In this document: positions 9,172 to 16,805 of the stretch, piece by piece
How the letters are laid out: the number at the start of each line of letters is the position of its first letter
Position numbering within the stretch: the stretch's first letter is position 1
Assembly: GCA_043754535.1 (NCBI GenBank)
Contig: JAYUUN010000120.1
Span: 60,997 to 80,996, forward strand
DNA from: Chloroflexota bacterium
GTDB taxonomy: Bacteria > Chloroflexota > Chloroflexia > QHBQ01
Length of the DNA: 20,000 bases
Direction: 5' to 3'
Notes under the pieces: model-generated
The model's input: only the letters and a program-made list of their open reading frames with translations
What the model was told of the DNA's origin: nothing
The model's database searches: none
Program-made: the position numbers and the translations under genes

Positions 9172-10893
9172 CTATTCGGGTGGTGGTGCCACGCTCTCCT
9201 CAGCGGTGGGCTGCGCGACAGCAGGCTTGCGGCGCGGCTTGACTTGTGGGGCAACTGGCAACTCAACCAGTTGCACACTGGGCTGCTCACCAGTTGACTG
9301 CGCGACGGCTGGCTTCGGTTTGCGCACACGCTTGGGCTTGGCTGGCCTAGCCATCACCTGCTCGTTGGCGGTCGGAGGCTCGTTGGGGCCGACGATCTCG
9401 ATTGCTCGCCCATACGCGCGCAGAAAGAGATCGGCCTTCACTCGTGCCTTCGCTACATCCTCGCTGAGGTCGGCCTCACCGATCAGGCGCAACGTTACCA
9501 GTTCGGGGCCAACGGTCAGGCGAAGCTCCGTCACCTCATGGGCGTGTTGGTAGTCTAGCGCGTCGGCGATACGGAGCAGGGCAGCCAGTCTCTCTACCCG
9601 CCCCTGCACTTCCTTGCTGAGGGCGGCAAACTCTGGGTGGCGCGGGTCGGGTAGGGAGCGGCGGTGATAGCGAGCGATCACCGCCACTTCCTCGCTCTGT
9701 GCTGCATCAAAGCCCGCCAGCTTTGCCTTGCGGATGATGCGGTATGAGTGCTTGTGATGCTCTTTCTCGTTGACCACTGCCCCAGCGTTGTGCAGGAAGG
9801 CGGCGATTGCTAGCAGCCTGCGCTCCTCTGCGTCGGCAGGGCGTAGTGCCGCTAGCTGGTCGTAAAGGCTAAGGGCTAGCTGCTCGGTTTGGCGGGCGTG
9901 GGGCCAATCCTCGACGGCCACACCGCCGCTGCGGTTTAGTTCTGCTTCGGTAGGGCCAGGCTGCTGGCTGAGGAGGGCTGCCCACGACGACTCGATCCGC
10001 TGCCACTTGCCGCTGCTTTGTAGGCGAGCCATGTAATCCTCGTACTCTTTGTGCAATGTCGCACGTCGGGCAGTGACTGTCGCCTGAGCAGGGCTGTCAG
10101 CGGTCAACAGACCGAGCAGTACGTCGGCATCATGAATCTCACCGAGCATAGTCTGCACCTCACGCAGCACCTTGAGGGTTGCGTCGGCGGGCGGGAGGAA
10201 GTAGCTGAACAACTCAACCGTGTAGCGCAGTTTCTTGACCGCGATCCGTAGCTCGTGTAGAGCCTTCCCATCGGGGTCGCTCTCCGCGGCGGCCATTGCC
10301 TCAACCACCGTGCCGAGGCGGAAGCGGAGCAGGGGTGTCACCGCTGGGCCAATTTCATCGCCCGGTTGGCCCTGCACGCTGTCTGCCTCGTCAACGGAAC
10401 GGTTAACCCTGCCACTGAGCAGCATATCGCTGATTGGCACCAGCCTCTCTTTGCCCTCATGGCCCGCCACAGTGCTGAGGTAATCCAGGGCTTCCAGCTC
10501 GCGTTCGCGCAACTCGCTGAGGGTGTCGGTCAGGCTCTCCACCTGCGGGCCGAGCCACTCGCGTAGGCGCAGTTGCAAGACAGCGGCATCGCGCGCCTCA
10601 CCCAGGGCGGCGGTCATGCTCTTGAGCCAGGCGCGCACCCCCTTCACCCGCTTGCGGTGCTTGTAGAAGGGGCCAAAAGCGTCCACTGCTGCTTGCAATC
10701 GGCGGCTGGCTACCCGCATCCGCTTGACGCTCTCGGTGTCCTTGTAGCTAAGTTCGTCCCAGCGTTCGCGGAAAGCCGCAAGCCGTTCTGCAATTACCGT
10801 GCGGGCAGTCTCCTCAATGGAGCCGCGCCCCTGGTCGTGAACTACAGCCTCCACTTCGTCACTCATCGCCACCACCTTTGCTCTGTCCGCCAC
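9172..10893 (-). CDS. CHAD domain fused to the Ppx/GppA C-terminal HD-like domain
   Basis: CHAD motifs RVASRRL, LGEARD, LHELRIAVKKLRY, QTMLGEIHDADV. Then HARQTEQLALSLYDQL...AAFLHNAG...HHKHSY...ARYHRR...LLRIADALD, typical of the Ppx C-terminal region. Confidence 0.88.
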   Translation of the reverse strand: MADRAKVVAMSDEVEAVVHDQGRGSIEETARTVIAERLAAFRERWDELSYKDTESVKRMRVASRRLQAAVDAFGPFYKHRKRVKGVRAWLKSMTAALGEARDAAVLQLRLREWLGPQVESLTDTLSELRERELEALDYLSTVAGHEGKERLVPISDMLLSGRVNRSVDEADSVQGQPGDEIGPAVTPLLRFRLGTVVEAMAAAESDPDGKALHELRIAVKKLRYTVELFSYFLPPADATLKVLREVQTMLGEIHDADVLLGLLTADSPAQATVTARRATLHKEYEDYMARLQSSGKWQRIESSWAALLSQQPGPTEAELNRSGGVAVEDWPHARQTEQLALSLYDQLAALRPADAEERRLLAIAAFLHNAGAVVNEKEHHKHSYRIIRKAKLAGFDAAQSEEVAVIARYHRRSLPDPRHPEFAALSKEVQGRVERLAALLRIADALDYQHAHEVTELRLTVGPELVTLRLIGEADLSEDVAKARVKADLFLRAYGRAIEIVGPNEPPTANEQVMARPAKPKRVRKPKPAVAQSTGEQPSVQLVELPVAPQVKPRRKPAVAQPTAEESVAPPPE

Positions 10894-10977
10894 TACAAAC
10901 TTTCCCTAAAAATTGGGAATGACCTACATCATACCATAGCCTGTCAAGTAGCCTTATAACAACAAGCGTGCCACCCT

Positions 10978-12783
10978 TCAACCAAGCAGGCTGGTTTCGT
11001 CGCTGCTAATCGCCAGCAAGGCAGCGGCAACTGCTGGTAGATCGGCTGCATAACTGGCCGCCCGTTCCACCAGGTACTGCACTGCGGCGGGGTGGCGGTC
11101 GAGTTGCGGTAGCAGGTTAGCGATAATCGCGTCCTGCAAAGCCGCACGCAGGTCAGGGTAGGCGGCACGCGCAACCACGCAATAAGCCAGCACTTCGATC
11201 AGCAAGGCGGTGCCAACTGCCCTTCTTTCTCGCACCAGGGCAGTGAAGGCCAGCAGCGGCTCTAGCCCTACTGCCAGCACCTCGGCGATAGCGGCTGGCA
11301 GGTCGGTGACTGTAACCGCCCGCCGCTGCAAGTTCTCGGCAACGGCAGTGGGTAGGATCGCCCTCTCCTGCGCTGCATCCGGTAGGCCAACGCTGACCAG
11401 GGCGAAGCGGCGGCGCAGGGCGAAGCCGACGGCGTAGAGGCTGTTCAGGTCGTCGCTGTTCAGCGTCCCAATCAGGCGGAAGCTGGCGGGGATTGTGAGG
11501 TCGAAGGGTGCGCCTGCCGCCCGGCTGAGGAGCGGTACGTTGGGGTATTCGAGGACAGTGAACAGTTCGCCAAAGGCGCGGTCTAGGTTAGCGCGGTTGA
11601 ACTCGTCTACGATCAGGTAGTGTGGCGCGCCCGTCTCGGCCACGCTGGTCGTGCAGGCAAGGGCAGCGCGGCTGACCACCCCCGGTGCGTACTCGTAGGC
11701 TAGCCCCCCTGCGCCCGCCTGTGGCCGCAGGCCGCCTACCACCTCGTATGCGCTCCACTCTGGGTTGGCAGTAGCAGTACTGTAGTTGGCCGCCCCGCAG
11801 AACTGCTCGGCCAGTAGCATAGCGAGGCGCGTCTTGCCCACCCCTGGCGGCCCAGCCAGCAGCAGATGCCGCCCAGCCAGCAGGTGGGTGTAAGCCGCCC
11901 GCACTGTCTTCTCATCCACCGCCAGCACTCCTGCTACTGCTGCTCTAACCTGCGCGTAGCTGGGCGGCTGGTAGGTTGTGGGGGTGGCTGGCAGGGGGTA
12001 AGCAGCGGCAGCTTCGGCGATCTGCGTGTTACTGTTGGTCGCAGGCTCGTAGCCAGGCTCACTATCCTCCTCCTCGTCGCCAGGCTGGTCGTCACTAGTG
12101 GCTAGCGTGCGGCTGTTAGCGGCTAGCAGCGCAGCCTCGTAGAGCGGAAAGAGCGAGCGGAGCGTCTGAGCGATGCTCCCCACCACAGCGAGGCTGGCTA
12201 GTAGCGGGTCGTCTGCTGCATAATGCACCCCGACGAAGAAGGGTTCGTTGCCTACCTGCTCTGGGCTGGCAGGGCGCGGCTGCTGACCGAGGGTGTAGAG
12301 GTGTTCATCGGCACGGGCGAGGGTGGCGGCAAGCTGGCGGGCAAGCTCCCCCTCCTGCCACTGCTGTGCCGGGCTGAAACCAGGTAGCTGGCCGGAGTAG
12401 TAGCCCACATAGAGGCCGTCGCCGCTGATCCGCACCTGCAACTGCGGCGACTTGCTGACCGCGAAACGCGCCTGCCGCTCTGGTTGCCAGACGGAGAGCC
12501 ACATTTCCTCTCGCCAACGGCGCGGCTCGTTGTGGACGGCGCGGGCCTCGCTTGGCCTGACCTTGAGGCCCAGTTCGTAGGACTCGTAGCTAAGTTCGGG
12601 GCGCAGGGCTGCACTGAGTTCCTTCAGCCTATTGTAGGCGATGCGGGCGTGCTGCTCGGCGTGGACGGCGGCGGCAGCATCGGGGTAGCCCTCGCTGCCC
12701 GCGACGGCATTGAGGCGGGTGTTCTCCGCCAGCCCGTCGAAGTCGGCAGGTTGGAAGCCGCTGAAGCTGTTTGCTGCTGGCAT
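10978..12783 (-). CDS. McrB-like AAA+ NTPase with an uncharacterised N-terminal domain
   Basis: Walker A GPPGVGKT, Walker B LIVDEFNRA, AFGEL, NxxD signature (GTLNSDD), ALRRRF. Strong GGAGGTGA RBS upstream. Confidence 0.88.
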   Translation of the reverse strand: MPAANSFSGFQPADFDGLAENTRLNAVAGSEGYPDAAAAVHAEQHARIAYNRLKELSAALRPELSYESYELGLKVRPSEARAVHNEPRRWREEMWLSVWQPERQARFAVSKSPQLQVRISGDGLYVGYYSGQLPGFSPAQQWQEGELARQLAATLARADEHLYTLGQQPRPASPEQVGNEPFFVGVHYAADDPLLASLAVVGSIAQTLRSLFPLYEAALLAANSRTLATSDDQPGDEEEDSEPGYEPATNSNTQIAEAAAAYPLPATPTTYQPPSYAQVRAAVAGVLAVDEKTVRAAYTHLLAGRHLLLAGPPGVGKTRLAMLLAEQFCGAANYSTATANPEWSAYEVVGGLRPQAGAGGLAYEYAPGVVSRAALACTTSVAETGAPHYLIVDEFNRANLDRAFGELFTVLEYPNVPLLSRAAGAPFDLTIPASFRLIGTLNSDDLNSLYAVGFALRRRFALVSVGLPDAAQERAILPTAVAENLQRRAVTVTDLPAAIAEVLAVGLEPLLAFTALVRERRAVGTALLIEVLAYCVVARAAYPDLRAALQDAIIANLLPQLDRHPAAVQYLVERAASYAADLPAVAAALLAISSDETSLLG

Positions 12784-14228
12784 AAGCCGATCACCTCCTG
12801 CAATTGAGTTCGTAGTTGTGCCTGCATCGTCGCGAAGTCCCCCCCTGGGCGGAGTGGTAGGGCGTAGACCACCTTGCCCGCCTGGGCTGCGGGGTAGGCT
12901 ACCAGGGGGCCGTCACCAGGGTAGATGATGCCACCCACCGCCACGTTGAGGTCGTTCATGTAGGCCAACATCTTCATCATGTCATCGGTGCGGGCCTGCT
13001 CATTGTCGATCCGGTATTTGACATCCAGTAGCAGCCTCTGCTGGCCCACTTGCAGCAATAGGTCGGGTCTGGGGGCGCGGTTGCGGGCTAGCTGGCTGGT
13101 GAACCAGCCGCCTGCCACCGGCTGGTCGTAGCGTAGCAGCACCGACTGGCCGCCAAAGCTGCCGCTGAAGCTAGCCCCTCGCCTCAATTCTGCGTCGTCC
13201 TCGTGCAGACCGAGAGCCGCCGCCACCTCGCAGACGCACCAGAGTTCGTACAGCTTGTGCATCGGTTGCAGCCCGCTGAGATGCGCTGTCGGGTCGAGCG
13301 TCACGTAGCGGGTGGCAAAGTCGCGCCACAGCTTCAGCAGCCTGCTATACGCTGGGCTGCCGCCCGTCACCCCCTCACCGCTGCTGGCTGTGGTTAGTGG
13401 GCCTACGGCTGCTAGCAACTGCCGCTGCGTCCAGCCCTCGTGGGATACAGCGCGGGCGCGCAGGTCGGCGGCGATAGCAGAGTACTTGCCGCCTACTGCC
13501 CCGGCCATAGCGCGCATCTCTGCTGCTAGCTGACGGTGGAAGGCGACGAAGATACGATTGGCCTGTACATCATAGCTCTTGACCTCGCGCTGGCAGTCGT
13601 GCAGCAGGCCAGTGCTGGCGGGCTGGTTGGCCCAGCGGCGGGCGGTGGCTGCCCAGGACACGTGGCCGCGCAAGGGCAGGCTGACGAAGCGTTCACTCTC
13701 GCTGCGGTAGGCTAGCCGCTCGTAAATCGCGGGGCTGCCACCTAGCAGGTCGCGGCTGAAGGCCAATAGGCGTTCGACCGAGTAGGGCAGGCTGTAGAAG
13801 TGGTAAAGGCGGTCGCCGTCCGCGTCATAGCGCAGGCGGATCGCATTGCGGGCCTGCAAACGAGCGAGCAGTTGCGGGATGCGCTGCTCCTTGATCGCGG
13901 CCACCTCCGCCGCTGTCAGCTTGCTGGGCAGCACGGTTAGCTCCGCCGCTGCCAGCGATCCACCTCGCGCTGAGGGATCGCGCAGCTCCCAGCGCAGCAA
14001 ACCGCAGTAGTCTTCTACCTCAAAGCGATAGCTGGCCGACCCGCGCAGGCTGAGCGCAGCGGCCAGCAGTTCACCGCCTACGTAGAGATCGAGGCCATCA
14101 CGGGGCTGGTCAGCCGCAAGCTGTACCTCCACCGTGCTGTACTCGCGTACGGCAGCGAGTGGTTGGCGTAGGCCACTGCTGAACGGCGCGGCGGTTGGGT
14201 AGAAGGTTATGTCAACGTTGGTGGACAT
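12624..14228 (-). CDS. McrC-like (DUF2357-type) PD-(D/E)xK nuclease
   Basis: SYDVQANR, LYELWC, RPDLLL...LLDVKYR, DDMMKMLAY. N-terminal beta-rich domain ending LTVLPSKL. Confidence 0.85.
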   Translation of the reverse strand: MSTNVDITFYPTAAPFSSGLRQPLAAVREYSTVEVQLAADQPRDGLDLYVGGELLAAALSLRGSASYRFEVEDYCGLLRWELRDPSARGGSLAAAELTVLPSKLTAAEVAAIKEQRIPQLLARLQARNAIRLRYDADGDRLYHFYSLPYSVERLLAFSRDLLGGSPAIYERLAYRSESERFVSLPLRGHVSWAATARRWANQPASTGLLHDCQREVKSYDVQANRIFVAFHRQLAAEMRAMAGAVGGKYSAIAADLRARAVSHEGWTQRQLLAAVGPLTTASSGEGVTGGSPAYSRLLKLWRDFATRYVTLDPTAHLSGLQPMHKLYELWCVCEVAAALGLHEDDAELRRGASFSGSFGGQSVLLRYDQPVAGGWFTSQLARNRAPRPDLLLQVGQQRLLLDVKYRIDNEQARTDDMMKMLAYMNDLNVAVGGIIYPGDGPLVAYPAAQAGKVVYALPLRPGGDFATMQAQLRTQLQEVIGLCQQQTASAASNLPTSTGWRRTPASMPSRAARATPMLPPPSTPSSTPASPTIG

Positions 14229-14233
14229 AGCCT

Positions 14234-14239
14234 ATTATA
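14234..14239 (-). promoter_or_regulatory. -10 element TATAAT implying a leaderless mcrC-like transcript
   Basis: Perfect TATAAT with 5 nt between it and ATG 14228, and no Shine-Dalgarno. Confidence 0.6.
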
Positions 14240-14288
14240 ACCGAGAATGGGGAGAGGAGAAAGGAGAAACAGCCTCCGCTGCTCACCT

Positions 14289-14651
14289 TTAATAACTGCG
14301 CGACTCCTCGATCATTAGATGGTCGGCAAGGATCATGCGCTGGTTGATCAGGTCATTGGCTTCGGGCAGAGCCTGGCTGAGGATGACTACGCAACGAGCG
14401 ATGCTGTCCATCACCACCTGGCTCTTGATGCCTGCGTTGTAGACGACGGCCATTGCCTGCTGGCGGGTCTGCTGGTAGTCTTCCTCGTCGCCCTCAACCA
14501 GGTAGTGAGCGAACGCGTCGTATATGGCGACCGCGGTCTGCTCCAGGTTGATCGGGTAGGCTTTGACCGAGAGCGGCAGGTGGGTGATCAGGTCGGCGAG
14601 GATAGCTGGACGGAGACCGAGCAGCCGTTCGCTCAACACTTCTTTATTCAA
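14289..14651 (-). CDS. Small all-helical hypothetical protein, possibly a non-heme globin/RsbR-N-like fold
   Basis: TTG start with GGGAG RBS and amphipathic helices. The fold assignment is a pattern-based guess. Confidence 0.6.
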   Translation of the reverse strand: MNKEVLSERLLGLRPAILADLITHLPLSVKAYPINLEQTAVAIYDAFAHYLVEGDEEDYQQTRQQAMAVVYNAGIKSQVVMDSIARCVVILSQALPEANDLINQRMILADHLMIEESRSY

Positions 14652-14681
14652 GGTGTACTTCTCCCTGGTTGTTGATCGCCG

Positions 14682-15962
14682 TCAAGCGGTGTAACGGCGG
14701 AAGATGAGGGCCGAGTTGTGGCCGCCCATGCCGATTGAGTTGGAGAGGGCGATGTTGACCGCCGCTGGGCGCGCCTCATTCGGCACGTAGTCGAGGTCAC
14801 ACACCGGGTCAGGCGTGCGGTAGTTGATCGTTGGTGGCAACATCTGGTCACGCAGGCTGAGGATGGTGGCAACTGCCTCTATCGAACCAGCGGCCCCCAT
14901 TGCGTGGCCGATCATGGACTTGATGCTGCTGACGGCCAGCCTGCGGGCGTGGTCGCCGAAGACCTCCTTGATCGCCAGCGTCTCCGTGCGGTCGTTCATC
15001 TGCGTGCTGGTGCCGTGCGCGTTGATGTAGTCTACCGCTTGCGGCTGGATGCCGCCCTTGCGGATCGCCATTGCCATGCAGCGGGCCGCCCCACCACCAG
15101 CCTCGTCGGGGCTGGCGATGTGGTATGCGTCGTTGGTGCTGCCATAGCCGATGATCTCGGCGTAGATGCGCGCGCCCCGCTTGCGAGCGTGTTCCAGTTC
15201 TTCGAGGACGAGGCAGGCGGCTCCCTCAGCGAGGACGAAGCCATTACGGTCGCGGTCGAAGGGACGGCTGGCGGCGATGGGGTCGGCATTGTCGGCCAGA
15301 GCCTTCATGTTGCCAAAGGCAGCAACGGCCAGGGGCAGAATGATGCTGTCGGCACTGCCAGTGATCACCACGTCCACATCACCACGCCGCACGATCTCGC
15401 TGGCTTCACCGATGTTGTGGCCGCCAGTGGCGCAGGCAGAGACTATCGCCATATTAGTGCCACGCACGCCATACTTGATCGCAATGTAGCCACTAGAACT
15501 ATCCACCAGCATATTGGGGATCAGATGGGGGCTGACTCGGCGGTGGCCGCGCTCAAGCAGGGTATGCTCCTGGTTCAGCACCGAGGTCACGCCGCCCATG
15601 CCACTACCAAAGATCACCCCGATGTTGTCGCGGTTAGCGTCGTCGATCTGCAAGCCAGAGTCGCTGATCGCTTGCTGGGCGACAGCCAGGGCGTAAGTCA
15701 CACTAGGATCGAGGTTGCGGGCTTCCTTTGCGTCGGCGTAGCCAGCGGCCACCGGGTCGTAGCCGCGTACTTCGCCCGCAAAGGTGGCAGGGTAGCCAGT
15801 CGCGTCGAAGCTGCTGATTGGGGCAATGCCGCTCTTGCCCGCGAGCAGCGCGCTCCAGGTCGTCTCTACATCGTGGCCGAGGCAGGTGAGCAGGCCGAGG
15901 CCGGTGACAACCACCCTGCGAGCTGGCGGGTTCTGGTTTGTAGTTTGTGCATTGTCGGTCAC
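14682..15962 (-). CDS. fabF: 3-oxoacyl-ACP synthase II
   Basis: RRVVVTGLG, SACATG (catalytic Cys), SRPFDRDRNGFV, NAHGTST, KSMIGH, SNSIGMGGHN. Confidence 0.96.
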   Translation of the reverse strand: MTDNAQTTNQNPPARRVVVTGLGLLTCLGHDVETTWSALLAGKSGIAPISSFDATGYPATFAGEVRGYDPVAAGYADAKEARNLDPSVTYALAVAQQAISDSGLQIDDANRDNIGVIFGSGMGGVTSVLNQEHTLLERGHRRVSPHLIPNMLVDSSSGYIAIKYGVRGTNMAIVSACATGGHNIGEASEIVRRGDVDVVITGSADSIILPLAVAAFGNMKALADNADPIAASRPFDRDRNGFVLAEGAACLVLEELEHARKRGARIYAEIIGYGSTNDAYHIASPDEAGGGAARCMAMAIRKGGIQPQAVDYINAHGTSTQMNDRTETLAIKEVFGDHARRLAVSSIKSMIGHAMGAAGSIEAVATILSLRDQMLPPTINYRTPDPVCDLDYVPNEARPAAVNIALSNSIGMGGHNSALIFRRYTA

Positions 15963-15981
15963 TGCTCTATGCTCCTTGCCA

Positions 15982-16740
15982 CTACATATACAGGCCGCCG
16001 TTTACGCCGATCACCTGTCCGGTGATGTAGGCAGCGCGGTCACTGGCGAGGAAGGCGATTGCGTCGGCCACTTCCTCTGGCTTGCCGACCCGCTCCAGGG
16101 GGATCGCCTTGAGCATCTCCTCACGCAGGTTAGCGGGGATGGTGGCGATGATGTCGGTCTCGATGTAGCCGGGGGCAACGGCGTTGACGGTGATCGTGCG
16201 GCTAGCGACTTCGCGGGCAAGCGACATGGTAAAGCCTACTACCCCGGCCTTCGCCGCTGCGTAGTTAGCCTGGCCCGCGTTGCCGGTCAAGCCAACCAGC
16301 GAGGTGAGATTGATGATCCGCCCCGCCCGCTGGCGCAACATCCCGCGCAGGGCGGCTTTGGTGCAGAAGAACATGCTTCGCAGGTTGGTGTTAAACACTA
16401 TATCCCACTCCTCCACGCTCATCCGCAGCAGCACGTTGTCGCGGGTGATACCGGCATTGTTAACCAGGATATCTAGCCTGCCGAACTTGCTGTTCACCCC
16501 GCCGATCAGCTTATCCACAGCCTGCTGGTCGGACACATCGGCGGCGAAGGCGGTTGCCTGCCCACCAGCCGCCGCGATCTGTTGGCACACCTCCTCGGCT
16601 GGCCCAGCACTGCTGTTGTAGTTGACCGCCACTTGCGCCCCCATTGCCGCGAGGCGCAGAGCGGTAGCCCGGCCAATACCCCGCGACGCGCCCGTGACCA
16701 GCGCGACCTTCCCGGCAAGCTCTTGCTCTGCCATCATCAT
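15982..16740 (-). CDS. fabG: 3-oxoacyl-ACP reductase
   Basis: TGASRGIG, NNAGITRD, GNAGQANYAAAKAG, NAVAPGYIET, YITGQVIGVNGG. GGAGG RBS. Confidence 0.95.
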   Translation of the reverse strand: MMMAEQELAGKVALVTGASRGIGRATALRLAAMGAQVAVNYNSSAGPAEEVCQQIAAAGGQATAFAADVSDQQAVDKLIGGVNSKFGRLDILVNNAGITRDNVLLRMSVEEWDIVFNTNLRSMFFCTKAALRGMLRQRAGRIINLTSLVGLTGNAGQANYAAAKAGVVGFTMSLAREVASRTITVNAVAPGYIETDIIATIPANLREEMLKAIPLERVGKPEEVADAIAFLASDRAAYITGQVIGVNGGLYM

Positions 16741-16775
16741 CCTCCACTATAGGGCTTCCACACGGTGTTGGCTTG

Positions 16776-16805
16776 ATAATAGCACAGCCACTGTCCCTCT
16801 GTCAA
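16776..16805 (-). promoter_or_regulatory. Promoter for fabG-fabF whose -35 overlaps the E1 stop codon
   Basis: TTGACA (16805-16800), 18-nt spacer, TATTAT (16781-16776) preceded by TGC. Confidence 0.6.

Noticed and set aside
12624..12700. McrC-like tail ending in Gly (PTIG) as a Cap2-style E1 substrate
   Set aside because: The tail looks like a by-product of the overlap and is separated from E1 by the fab genes and two candidate promoters. A single terminal Gly is weak evidence.
562..14228. XPB helicase and McrBC forming one defence system (CoCoNuT-like)
   Set aside because: They are 8 kb apart with unrelated genes between, and no coiled-coil or SF1 helicase components are present.
14289..14651. 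120-aa ORF as the missing Ubl or ACP
   Set aside because: Looks all-helical, ends in SRSY, and has no DSL phosphopantetheine motif.
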